A DNA stretch of 64,000 bases from Nitrospirota bacterium. GTDB lineage: Bacteria; Nitrospirota; UBA9217. The position numbers and the translations under genes are program-made. The notes under the pieces were generated by a model. It had not been told where the DNA came from and did not search any database. It saw only the letters and a program-made list of their open reading frames with translations. Shown here in pieces: positions 19,110 to 28,715 of the stretch. Each line of letters starts with the position of its first letter. The stretch's first letter is position 1. The DNA lies in contig DASPQB010000113.1 in assembly GCA_035625205.1 (NCBI GenBank), positions 13,078-77,077 of the forward strand, in the 5' to 3' direction.

Positions 19110-19325
19110 TCAGCTATCACTGAAAAGATTGACGCTCCCCATGGGAAGCAGAAGCGATTGCAGACAGCAGTCAGTCTTATTGCATCTGATGGCGGGATTC
19201 AGACTAAACTTTGTCATTATTTGATTCATAGCAGGCCGTGGTACTTCCTCTTCTAAGTAAGTTGTCAAGTTTTTTTGAGACAGCTCATCCATTAAAGTCG
19301 TGTGGTTGTCGAGCTTCACCTTCAT
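19110..19325 (-). CDS. Hypothetical 71-aa ORF (weak).
   Basis: ORF track only. Weak AAAGGG RBS and no family recognised. Confidence 0.2.
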   Translation of the reverse strand: MKVKLDNHTTLMDELSQKNLTTYLEEEVPRPAMNQIMTKFSLNPAIRCNKTDCCLQSLLLPMGSVNLFSDS

Positions 19326-19819
19326 GATCCCTTTACCTAACTTCTTTTATTCTTTGAGCCTTGATGGAAATTCGTGCGGGACAGTATTTCGAGCAAGAGA
19401 GATCAAGATAGACTCCCTGACCATCCAATAAAGGAGTCTCTTATCACCCCGATGAAAAAGTGGCTTTTATCCTTCACTCTACGCTAAGAAACTTAGTGCT
19501 GTCGATCGGATTATAGCTTGCAACATGCGGTTATCAGCATAAGGATAAATCATGAAAGCGACAGAATTATCTGAGTTCAAGTTCAAAGAAAGGTTATCAT
19601 CGGGGAATTGCCGGCTTCCGAATCATTATGTTAACGTGTTGGGTGACGGAAGTCTTTGACCCGCCCTGGAGGAGTAGACCTCCGGGCAAACAACCCGAAG
19701 GTCTTTATAGTTGGATCTCATGCGATACCTGGGAACCCGTTCACACGTTCGTCAGAAAGAGCTGTTTCGATTCCTGGAGGGCTCTCTCAGTCTCTCTCTG
19801 CGTCGGTTTCCCTGTCCGC

Positions 19820-20110
19820 TCACTTTTTAAACTTCTCCTTCGCTGCAGCGACGGCGTTCTTAAGATCTGCCCATGACGTTTCCGCGCCCGCCTTCAGCGT
19901 GTCCCAGGCTTCGGTGCTCGCACCCTTCAGCTCCTGAAGTTTCTGCGTCGCGGCATCCCGCTTATCCTTAAGTTGTCTGATATGGTTTTCATACCCGGTT
20001 TTCACATCGGCCTTCGTTGTACGGGCCTTTGACTCAAACTCATCGATCTTGACGGACCACTCTTTGAGCTGCGCTGCTAACTTGTCTATATACTCTTCTC
20101 TGCTCTTCAT
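19820..20110 (-). CDS. Small coiled-coil protein (phasin/stress-protein-like), unknown function.
   Basis: An AAGGAGG RBS precedes the internal ATG. The translation MKSREEYIDKLAAQLKEWSVKIDEFESKARTTKADVKTGYENHIRQLKDKRDAATQKLQELK... is charged and helical. Confidence 0.6.
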   Translation of the reverse strand: MKSREEYIDKLAAQLKEWSVKIDEFESKARTTKADVKTGYENHIRQLKDKRDAATQKLQELKGASTEAWDTLKAGAETSWADLKNAVAAAKEKFKK

Positions 20111-20290
20111 ACCGTTTCCTCCTTTTACATGTCTGCGTATTGTCAAAATGCTACGACTACATCTTCTGATTTCTCTTTTTTCCCCTGGCGGTTCTCAAGA
20201 ATGAACTTGCCTCCCCGCTCGAAGATAGTTTTGTGGAGCTCGCAGATCAACATATATTAAAGAATGGCGCACAATAGCGATAGAAATCGC

Positions 20291-20443
20291 TCACCTCGCC
20301 TTCCTTTTCCTGATCTCTGCAAGGAGAACTTCTGGAATGGGCCGGCATCCACATTGCTTAACATGTGCCGCGTGCCAACGTAGTCTTTCTTCGAGCGAGG
20401 CCTTCTGTGGCATCTTGTTTGCCTTATGCCATTCCCTGTTCAT
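20291..20443 (-). CDS. Candidate 50-aa Cys/His-containing small protein (not in ORF track).
   Basis: GGAGGGG RBS, then ATG. The translation MNREWHKANKMPQKASLEERLRWHAAHVKQCGCRPIPEVLLAEIRKRKAR lies between the tetrahaem cytochrome gene and the coiled-coil gene on the same strand. Confidence 0.35.
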   Translation of the reverse strand: MNREWHKANKMPQKASLEERLRWHAAHVKQCGCRPIPEVLLAEIRKRKAR

Positions 20444-20462
20444 CGTCCCCTCCGCATGTTAC

Positions 20463-21002
20463 TCAGCAACACGGCTGACAGACCGATGATGCAAATTCCT
20501 GAAGGTAACCTGCATTTCTCAATGCCATCTGCATATCAAGCTTCCGGAAAGTTTTTATGTTCTCCGGAACTTTTTCCACACTAGGAAGGGCAACCGATGG
20601 CAACTGAGATGCAACTGCGCCGTATGGAATCTTCAGGTCGAAATTATGGCAAGACAGGCAATAGGTCCATGACGCGGTGTGACCGTGATGGCATGCCGTG
20701 CAGCTGACGTTGCCGAGATGAGATTTGTGAGGATTAATCGCGTGGTTAGACTTTTCCGCCATCGTTGCCAGAGAGCCGTGGCACTGGATGCACTGTGCAT
20801 TGACAGCGGTCTCGTTATCGTCGACGACGGTCTTTTCGCCGTGGCAGGCGGCGCAGTCGATCGCTTTTGCCACATGCATACCTGCCAGAAAAGCATCGTG
20901 AGACTGCTCAGCCTTGCCTGCACCGGCGTCCGCCCAGAGCGATGATGCGCGTAGCAGAAACAGTGTGATAAGCAACCAGGTAAATTTTTTTGTCGTCTTC
21001 AT
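20463..21002 (-). CDS. Secreted tetrahaem c-type cytochrome (cytochrome c3-like / small tetrahaem class).
   Basis: Signal peptide MKTTKKFTWLLITLFLLRASSLWA. Four CxxCH motifs (CAACH, CIQCH, CTACH, CLSCH). The start is chosen at the ATG preceded by GGAGAGGA; the track ORF extends to 21041. Confidence 0.8.
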   Translation of the reverse strand: MKTTKKFTWLLITLFLLRASSLWADAGAGKAEQSHDAFLAGMHVAKAIDCAACHGEKTVVDDNETAVNAQCIQCHGSLATMAEKSNHAINPHKSHLGNVSCTACHHGHTASWTYCLSCHNFDLKIPYGAVASQLPSVALPSVEKVPENIKTFRKLDMQMALRNAGYLQEFASSVCQPCC

Positions 21003-22648
21003 CCTGCTCATCCTCTCCATCCTTCGCCAGCTCTTCACCACGATGGGCCGTGCCCGGAATGCCCCTCATTGGCCTCCGGTTTTCTCGGGATAGATCATCC
21101 TCAACGTTAGGGCAGGCCATTCATGATCCTCGGTTGAGGTGTCACGCCACAATCACCACTGCGACGTCAGTAGCTCTTGATCCAACCGCCGTCCGGTAAA
21201 AGTGTATGCCGTCTATCTTGCTCTTCGCTTTTTAGCTGCCTCTATTCTTGCATTTTCCATCATGTGCCGGGCAACCTCGTTTGAAATTTCATCTTTTAGA
21301 TTGTCCAGGTCGCTATCACCCGCATCAAGTTTTTGTGAATAAACCATGTTGCCTTTTATCTTATTCCTCAGCTCTGAATGAAATTTGATGACATTCGCGC
21401 TTTTTGCTTGTATATATTTATTTCCGAACTATGCATTCATGTTCATTTTTTTGCAACCATTATGTCTTGCCTCCATTGTTCAGACCCTTCACTTTGCCGT
21501 ATATTCGAAGAGCTCTTTCTTTATTTTAGCATGAGAGAAAATTATGAGAGGAGTATTTTTTAGGGCATTCCAACAAACACAGAATGTGACCAGGTACGTT
21601 CCAAAAAAGACAAGTTCCCGTAAAGATCACGACAAAATACAACCGATTCAGTACGTTATACAGAGACTGCAGCGGTCAAGCACGATAAACGCAGGTGTCG
21701 GCAGACTCAGCAGGCTTTCTCAAACCGAAGCTGTGAGATGAGTATGGTTCGTAGAGATGGGTCGATGTTCGGGTCAATAGTGTTCGTTTCTTTTTTGCAT
21801 GTCTGGTTTGCCGCGCGCAGGCTTGTCGGAAAGTCACAACACTTTCAAAAATGATATAATATTTCAGTGTATCTATAACTAATACTACCTGAAAGATGTG
21901 TTTGAAAATCATAAAGCATAATTAATCAACAGGGGAAAATTTATTAGCCGGCAAATGATGCATATGGGATTTGCCTCAATGATTCGGGTTTGGTCTATCG
22001 GGATCGGAACAGCAGAATATCATATATTTGCGAAGCTTTCTGAGATAGATGCCCTTCTCATTGCTTCAATGATTTTGACTGAAATGAGCAGATCGATATT
22101 CTCGAAACGGACAGTTCTAAGTTGTTTATTGCCTTTTCTGCACTCTTCATTTGCGTTGCTTTCCCTACTTTTAATTTATGCGGCACTTTTGCGCCACTAT
22201 CCATAGGTTTCTTCATAGATTCCGTTTTAATAGGGATAGTGATACGGATGATTAATAATCAACTCCTTCCTGCACTATTGCCTTAAAATTTTTCGCTGAA
22301 CATAATATTACATTTGTACTGATATTCTTCAGCTATTAGGCGGAAAGGTGTTCTGTAAAAAGCAAAAAAACGATCACCGAAGCACACAGGCACTATGCTC
22401 CAATGAATATCAACGGCCGCGCTCAAGCCACGTGGATAGCCATGGCTCGCAGTCATACACAAAGCTCAGCCTGCACATGGTTCAGGTAACCCTACGCACA
22501 CCAAAAAGGCTTACTATCTTCAGAGGAAGTCGCCGAATAAGAACGATGAGAAAGATCCGACGTGTTATCGCCGACAGTATAGCGCCTGGCGACGTCTTTC
22601 ATCAATCAGGACTGTCGGGCCTTAAGAAATAAGAGGGATAAACAAACA

Positions 22649-24364
22649 ATGACAAAAGGCAAGAGGGAGGCACTCGACATACGGTTGCCTGTTTTTCAGG
22701 GGATCTTTCCCATAAAAGGATCCCGGATGCTGACAGATATCATAGCCGGCCTCACGCTGGCGGCGCTCGCTATTCCTGAGGTGATGGGCTATACAAAAAT
22801 CTCCGGTACGCCGGTAATCACGGGCCTCTATACCATCCTCATTCCCATGACCCTATTCGCACTTTTCGGCTCATCGCGGCACCTCGTCGTCGGTGCCGAC
22901 TCTGCCACTGCGGCCATTCTCTCAGGCGCTCTCGCCGGGATTGCCGTGTCCGGATCGGCCGAATGGCTTGCACTGGCAGAAGTCCTTGCGTTCCTGTCGG
23001 CTGGTTTCCTGATCATCGCCCGTATTATTCGCCTGGGATTCCTTGCGGATTTTCTGTCTCGAACGGTGCTCATAGGGTTCCTGTCAGGCGTAGGTGTCCA
23101 AGTTTCTCTCGGCGAAATCTCGAGTATGTTAGGGCTACCTGGAGGAGGGCATGACCCATTCCACAAGATCATCAACGATCTACACCAGGTCGAACAGACG
23201 AGTTTCTATTCCCTGGGTGTCTCCGTGGCTGTGCTGGCGATCATCATCGGAGCGAAAAAGATTTCGAAAAAGATCCCTGGCGCGCTCATAGCTGTGACAG
23301 CTGCCATTGTAGCCAACTCGGTGTTCAATTTTGAAGCTCATGGCGCACATGTTCTTGGCGCGGTTCCGAGCGGCCTGCCGGAGATCGGCCTGCCGGACGT
23401 CCATTGGGATAACGGCCTTATCCTGAAATTGCTTCCCACCGCTTTCGCAATGTTCGTGGTGATCCTGGCCCAGAGCGCAGCGACGTCCCGCGTCTATGCG
23501 ACCCGCTACAGCGAGCGCTTCAGCGAAAATGTGGATCTGGTAGGCCTTGGCCTTGCCAATATCGGAGCCGCGTTGAGCGGGACGTTTGTGGTGAACGGAA
23601 GTCCGACCAAGACTCAGATGGTCGATAGTGCGGGTGGTCGCAGTCAGCTCGCGCAGATTACCACAAGCGTCATTGTCTTGTTGGTATTGCTGTTTCTGAC
23701 GGGTCCACTGGCCAGCATGCCAATTGCCGCCCTCTCAGCGGTAGTCTTCCTGATCGGTGTTGAACTGATCGATGTCAACGGGATGCGAAAGATCTGGGTA
23801 CAACGCCGGCCTGAATTCTGGGTGGCGTTGATCACGGCCATCGCGGTGGTCTGCGTCGGCGTCGAGCAGGGCATTCTCCTTGCGATGGTACTATCACTCA
23901 TCGAGCACGTGAGGCGAAGCTACCGATGTAAGAACGCTGTGCTCGCACCTGACGAGATAGGTGGCTGGCGGTCATTGCCGGTGAGCACTCCCGAACAAAT
24001 ACGGCCCGGCCTGCTGGTATATCGCTTCAGTCACACGATGTACTATGCAAACGCCGAACAGCTTTCAAGGGAGGTCATCGAACTCGCAAACGGGGCACAG
24101 CCCCCTCTGGTCTGGCTCTGTATCGAGGCGTCAGCGATTGCGGATGTAGATTTCACTGCGGCATCCACCCTTCGCGATATCCACAGCACGCTGAAGAAGC
24201 AGGGGATCCGGATCGTGTTTTCCGAAATGATCGACCTCGTCAAGGCTGAGTTGGACAAGTATGAGCTTACCAAGCTGTTTGGGAAAGACGCCTTCTACGA
24301 GACCATCAATGCAGTAGTAAGCGCATATGACAAGAGGTTGGTGAACAACGAAGAAAGAAAATGA
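22649..24364 (+). CDS. SulP-family anion transporter with a C-terminal STAS domain.
   Basis: The 571-aa ORF has a typical SulP N-terminus (DIIAGLTLAALAIPEVMGYTKISG) and a C-terminal STAS-like region. Confidence 0.9.
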   Translation: MTKGKREALDIRLPVFQGIFPIKGSRMLTDIIAGLTLAALAIPEVMGYTKISGTPVITGLYTILIPMTLFALFGSSRHLVVGADSATAAILSGALAGIAVSGSAEWLALAEVLAFLSAGFLIIARIIRLGFLADFLSRTVLIGFLSGVGVQVSLGEISSMLGLPGGGHDPFHKIINDLHQVEQTSFYSLGVSVAVLAIIIGAKKISKKIPGALIAVTAAIVANSVFNFEAHGAHVLGAVPSGLPEIGLPDVHWDNGLILKLLPTAFAMFVVILAQSAATSRVYATRYSERFSENVDLVGLGLANIGAALSGTFVVNGSPTKTQMVDSAGGRSQLAQITTSVIVLLVLLFLTGPLASMPIAALSAVVFLIGVELIDVNGMRKIWVQRRPEFWVALITAIAVVCVGVEQGILLAMVLSLIEHVRRSYRCKNAVLAPDEIGGWRSLPVSTPEQIRPGLLVYRFSHTMYYANAEQLSREVIELANGAQPPLVWLCIEASAIADVDFTAASTLRDIHSTLKKQGIRIVFSEMIDLVKAELDKYELTKLFGKDAFYETINAVVSAYDKRLVNNEERK

Positions 24365-24587
24365 ACACGTCAGTCCAAATGTTCCCTAAATAATGAGAAC
24401 GAGTTTATCTATCGATACACTTAGGGCCCGTCACGTAAAGTCAGGTCACTATCCCCTCTCCCACCGTCCAAATAATGCAAAGGTTTATATCCTGTAACCA
24501 TGTTTATTACGCTTAAGGACCCAAACAGGCAGTTAGAAAAGTTAGAAAAAGAGGGCTACAGGTTACACTGTAATACCTTAAAAGGCT

Positions 24588-24635
24588 TGGTAGCGGGGAC
24601 AGGATTTAAACCGGCGACCTTCGGGTTATGAACCC
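24588..24635 (-). other. 48-nt fragment matching the 3' half of initiator tRNA-fMet (anticodon loop to CCA), degenerate. Probable att-site remnant or tRNA pseudogene.
   Basis: The minus strand reads GGGTTCATAACCCGAAGGTCGCCGGTTTAAATCCTGTCCCCGCTACCA. It has the CAU anticodon loop with the GGG/CCC stem, variable loop AGGTC, T-arm, acceptor 3' strand and CCA. There is no matching 5' acceptor strand upstream, and the T-stem has mismatches. Confidence 0.55.
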
Positions 24636-25004
24636 TCTAACGATCGGCCAGTACCAGTCGCACATTTATGGCTCATGAGCAAAGCAATTAATCCTGCCCA
24701 TCCAGGAGAAACCTTGAAAAAGGATTTTTTATTTAGCTGGGCTCTTCACTCGGACTAAAAGCATCCTATCCCCTCCCGCTTCTGAAAGGACGCAGTTTTA
24801 AAGATACCTCAGGGGTGACTCCCGTTTATATACTAGGTGCACATAACAAGGGGGAAGGAATCCTATCGGTCCCCTTGTGTTATTTCCCGTCAACAAGACC
24901 ACTCTCTCCTCTACCATACAATTCTGCATAATCACAGCATTCAGGTTCCCAGCCGGAGATTCTGGATGGGAACCGAGAAGTACCGTGCCAGCATCAGTTC
25001 AGCG

Positions 25005-26217
25005 TAAGCGTCGTGGTGCCGCTCACGCCACCTCTCATACGTGCCGTTATGGTAACAGTGCCTGCACTCAAACCTTCCACCTGCCCCTTTCTATCTCTAA
25101 AATAACCGTTGAACGCCGCGATAGAACGATTTGAAGAAGTCCAGGCCAGGCTCCAGGAATTGGTCAGATTCTGCGTTACGCCGCCGAAATAGTACGCGGT
25201 TGCTGTGAGTTGCAGCGTCTGCCTGACTTGAATACTTGGGTTGACCGGCGTTATTACGATACTCTGCAGCGTGGCCGATGGTACGGTGAGCTGGGTCTTC
25301 CGGTCACGATTCCCCCGGCTTTAGCAAAGTGGCGCTAATGCTTGTCGCATCGGTGCAAATGGGCGTCACTAGGCCATTGGATTGGAGTGGAAGGCTTTCC
25401 TGATTTCAGCAATCCTCTTGTTTGAAGACTTCCAGGTCACCTGGGTGGTCAGGTCCTTAGGGGAGGAATCCGAAAAGGTTCCCATCGCCGTGAATTGCTG
25501 GGTCGCCCCGATGGAAATCGTAGCATTGCTGGGCGTGATCGTGATGGTTTTCAGGGTAACAGTTGCTACGGTGAGAGTCACCGAAACGGAATTGGTAACA
25601 GTCCCCGATACCGCCGTTATGACAGTCGTCCCGGCTCCGACCGATGTCGCCAGCCCGTTGGTGACTCCCGCATTACTGATGGTCGCAACGGCGCCGTTTG
25701 ATGAATTCCAAGTCACGAGCGCGGTAAGGTTCTGGGTCGTGCTGTCAGAATAGGTACCGGTCGCGGTAAACTGCAGCGAAGTTCCCAGGGCGATCTGGGA
25801 AGACGCGGGCCGTTATGACGATGGATGACAGCGTTGCCGAAGTTACGGTGAGAGTCGAAGTTCCCGAAATGCTTCCGAGCGATGCCGTGATTGTCGTCGA
25901 ACCGAGTACAACGGGGGTAGCCAGGCCGTTGGAACCCGCAGCGTTGCTAATGGCTGCAACATCTGTATTCGATGAGCTCCAGACCACCCCTCTCGTCAGG
26001 TCCTGCACGGAACCACCAGAATAATTGCCGCTCGCTGTAAACTGCTGGGGTAGTCCCATCGGGATGATCGAGTTGAACGGCACGACATCAATCGACTGCA
26101 GCGTTACCGTTGGCGCGTCAGCCGTAAGCGTGGTGCTGCCCGAAAAGCCACCCAGGGTAGCGGTGATCGTGGCTGTTCCCGCTCCTATAGAGGTCGCCAG
26201 TACACTGGAATACCATT
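25005..26217 (-). pseudogene. Bacterial Ig-like (Big_2) repeat surface-protein gene, 5'-truncated and split by at least three frameshifts.
   Basis: Consecutive minus-strand pieces each encode Big_2-like domains (...TATITATLGGFSGSTTLTADAPTVTLQSI...; ...VTWKSSNKRIAEI...; ...QLTATAYYFGGVTQNLTNSWSLAWTSSNRSIAAFNGYF...VTITARMRGGVSGTTTLTLN). They lie in three different frames. The upstream frame opens directly after a stop in AT-rich DNA with no start codon. Confidence 0.6.
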
Positions 26218-26372
26218 AAATATTGTATATAACATAATAAAAGTTTATTAATAATTTTTTGCTGTATGCATTTCATACTGTTTTACTGTTTCTGGCAGTA
26301 TTCCGTTAGAAATCTATTAGAAACTCAATCGCCTCAATAATCAATTACTATTACAAATACTTATCCTTTTCG

Positions 26373-26790
26373 CATGTACACGCGGAAGTGGCTTTGTGGC
26401 GGTCCCGCAAAGAAGGATGCCCAACGTTTTCTTATCGAAAAGCTTGATGCGTTAAACAACGGCACATACCGCGAATCTTCCGTCATCCCCTTTGATCCGT
26501 TCGGGGATAAATGATAAATGGATGAAGAATTATGCCGAGAAGAACGTACGATCCAATACTCGCGCCCCAGTATAAAGACATCATCAATCTTCTATTAAAA
26601 CCTGCATTTGGACTTTGTAAAGTGAAACAAATCACGACAGGCATGCTACAGGAGGTTAGTACAGACAGGCTTAATTAAGTATTGAACGAAACCAAGTGGG
26701 CTAAGTACAGCCTCATTTCGATACCATTCAAGAATGCCGTGTTGAACAATGTACCTTGATACCACGTCAGCTCGCTGCGGGGTGTTCACT
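26373..26790 (+). pseudogene. Tyrosine recombinase (phage-type integrase) N-terminal remnant, multiply frameshifted, catalytic domain absent.
   Basis: Short frames encode MYTRKWLCGGPAKKDAQRFLIEKLDALNNG, then (shifted) TYRESSVIPFDPFGDK, then MPRRTYDPILAPQYKDIINLLLKPAFGLCKVKQITTGMLQEV. These resemble the arm-binding and SAM-like N-terminal region of integrases. No R..H..R..Y catalytic domain follows. Confidence 0.45.
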
Positions 26791-26892
26791 TAACTTTGAT
26801 ATAATTCGCGATATAATGATTCTGAAGGATTTTGCTTAATTTAACCGCACATTGAAATTACGATCAGTTTTCGCTACAGAAAGAGGCGTTTC

Positions 26893-28140
26893 ATGAAAAT
26901 CAGTATTATATCCGATACCCACTTTGGCCATGAGACCTGTACCCTTGTTCAGAAACAAGGTGATAGTATCGTCATGGGACCGAAGTATGACGCTTTTCTA
27001 AAAGCCGTAGGTACGGGAAACGATTACCTTGTTATGGTCGGGGACGTACTCGATTATTCCAGAGCGAGTTATGAACACGCCTATCAGTATGCCCAGGTAT
27101 TCTTTCAACAGATACAACGAGATGGGATTGCGCATCAAATAATCTATATCGCGGGAAATCACGACGCAGATATCTGGCATATCGTTCAGCAACAACGCGC
27201 CGTGATTAACAGACTGCTCCATGGGAAACTTCCGGTACCATTCGAGCACTCCGTGGCCGGAATCATCGACGACCGACAGGGCAGTCCCCACCGGGGTTTT
27301 ACTCTAAGCAGCGGTTCTGCAAAAACATCGGAACTAAAGTACGGCGGTATGTTCCTTGACTCTATAACCGGCACCACGAGTCCGACGGTATTCAATTTTG
27401 TCTTTCCGAGCCTCTATATCGTAACTGATGAGGAAAGCATCATCGTAACGCACGGGCACTATCTTGAACCTTATTGGTCTATTCTCGGAGAACTGTTAAT
27501 GAAGATCGTATCAGATGACTTGAATGTCAAAGAAATCGACTCTGAAACGATGGTGGAACTGAACTTCCCCTTCAATCAGCTCGGATGCACGGGCATAGGA
27601 CATACGGGAGTGTTGGCCAGTCTAGCACGCCAGATCGAACGGCAAATAAACGATCGGGACCTGGCGCATATTCAGAAATACCTGGATCGCTCGATCACAG
27701 TAATAGATAATGCCGCGAATTTAGGGTGGGTCAAAAAGGTGATCGCACATTACGCTATGCATAAAATGGAAGAACACATCCTGGACGCTCTTAAGAATTC
27801 ACAGAAGTCCCACTATGGCACGGACTTTCTTTCCAAACAAGAAGTACAGGATAGATTCCGACGGTTCTATAGTGCTTGTCTGCTTGAAATTAAAGCACTA
27901 AATGATGCGATGAATCTCGGCATGCCGAAGCCGCGGAAATTCGTTTTTGGCCATACTCACCGACCGATTGCGTGGAACGACCCTCAGCCACCCACTTTGG
28001 AAACAGCGTCTAAAGCTGCCCCACAAGCCGTGACGCTGTACAACACCGGCGGCTGGCTCGAGGATGAGGGGAAGTTTTGCGGCGCTGAAGTGTTCATCCA
28101 TGAAACAGAACGCGGGTTCTCGTCGGTTTCCATCCGATAA
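26893..28140 (+). CDS. Calcineurin-like metallophosphoesterase with an insertion of about 130 aa between motifs V and VI.
   Basis: The motif set is complete: DTHFG (I), GDVLD (II), GNHD (III), THGH (V), GHTH (VI). A long non-conserved stretch lies between V and VI. The protein is 415 aa. The gene sits alone, directly right of the integrase remnant. Confidence 0.85.
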   Translation: MKISIISDTHFGHETCTLVQKQGDSIVMGPKYDAFLKAVGTGNDYLVMVGDVLDYSRASYEHAYQYAQVFFQQIQRDGIAHQIIYIAGNHDADIWHIVQQQRAVINRLLHGKLPVPFEHSVAGIIDDRQGSPHRGFTLSSGSAKTSELKYGGMFLDSITGTTSPTVFNFVFPSLYIVTDEESIIVTHGHYLEPYWSILGELLMKIVSDDLNVKEIDSETMVELNFPFNQLGCTGIGHTGVLASLARQIERQINDRDLAHIQKYLDRSITVIDNAANLGWVKKVIAHYAMHKMEEHILDALKNSQKSHYGTDFLSKQEVQDRFRRFYSACLLEIKALNDAMNLGMPKPRKFVFGHTHRPIAWNDPQPPTLETASKAAPQAVTLYNTGGWLEDEGKFCGAEVFIHETERGFSSVSIR

Positions 28141-28665
28141 ACAAGGATATAATAATAAGTGAAACAAAGAGGAAAATTCGATAGTCGTATTGATGTTATT
28201 TTCAGAAGGGAATCTTGATTTTTTATGTCAGGTATTGGTACATATTGAGCCCTGCGATGGTCTTTGCGATGGATGTCAGCTGGATTGTTAGGCCTTACCG
28301 CACTTATTGTCTGTGTTCAAGGCGGGACACTAGGTCCTGCAATGAAATAAAGGAGGAAACTTCCAGAAAAAACTTGACATCCTTTTCGTCGTCTGATATA
28401 AGTCGCCAAGAGTCGTCATGTTGAATTATATCGCAATAATGATTCAAAAAGTCAGGAGGTGATGTCAATGGACGGTGGCCCAAGTAGCCTACATACCATG
28501 TGCGAGATAACTATCTCGATGCTGTCGGCAATAACGAAAAGAATGGGCCGTCCGTTGCTCGCCTCTCTCATGCCTCTCTCCTCCTAGTCCTAGCGGCCGT
28601 TCTCTTCTTTCCATTATTTCCGATAGTGCTTCCTGTGCCATGCAGAATACTCATAAGCGCATGGT

Positions 28666-28688
28666 CCGTGAATGTTTATTGTTCACGG
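28666..28688. promoter_or_regulatory. Inverted repeat CCGTGAA-N9-TTCACGG, 28 nt upstream of the porin start. Candidate metalloregulator operator.
   Basis: Perfect 7-bp arms. Its position fits an operator overlapping the promoter or 5'UTR of the porin / NRAMP operon. Confidence 0.3.
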
Positions 28689-28715
28689 TGCACTCAGACA
28701 GCGGAGGTACGGATA

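Larger units (their letters stand above)
24588..26790. mobile_element. Decayed integration scar: tRNA 3' fragment, 5'-truncated multi-frameshifted Big_2 gene, and integrase N-terminal remnants.
   Basis: See the component features. An AT-rich junction at 26218-26370 lies between the truncated Big_2 frame and the integrase remnant. Confidence 0.4.

Noticed and set aside
24588-24700. Attempt to fold a complete tRNA around the fMet-like 3' half.
   Set aside because: The upstream 28 nt (on the minus strand) provide neither a 5' acceptor strand complementary to CCCCGCT nor a D-arm. Anticodon-stem positions 27-28 are mismatched. Only a partial copy is present.
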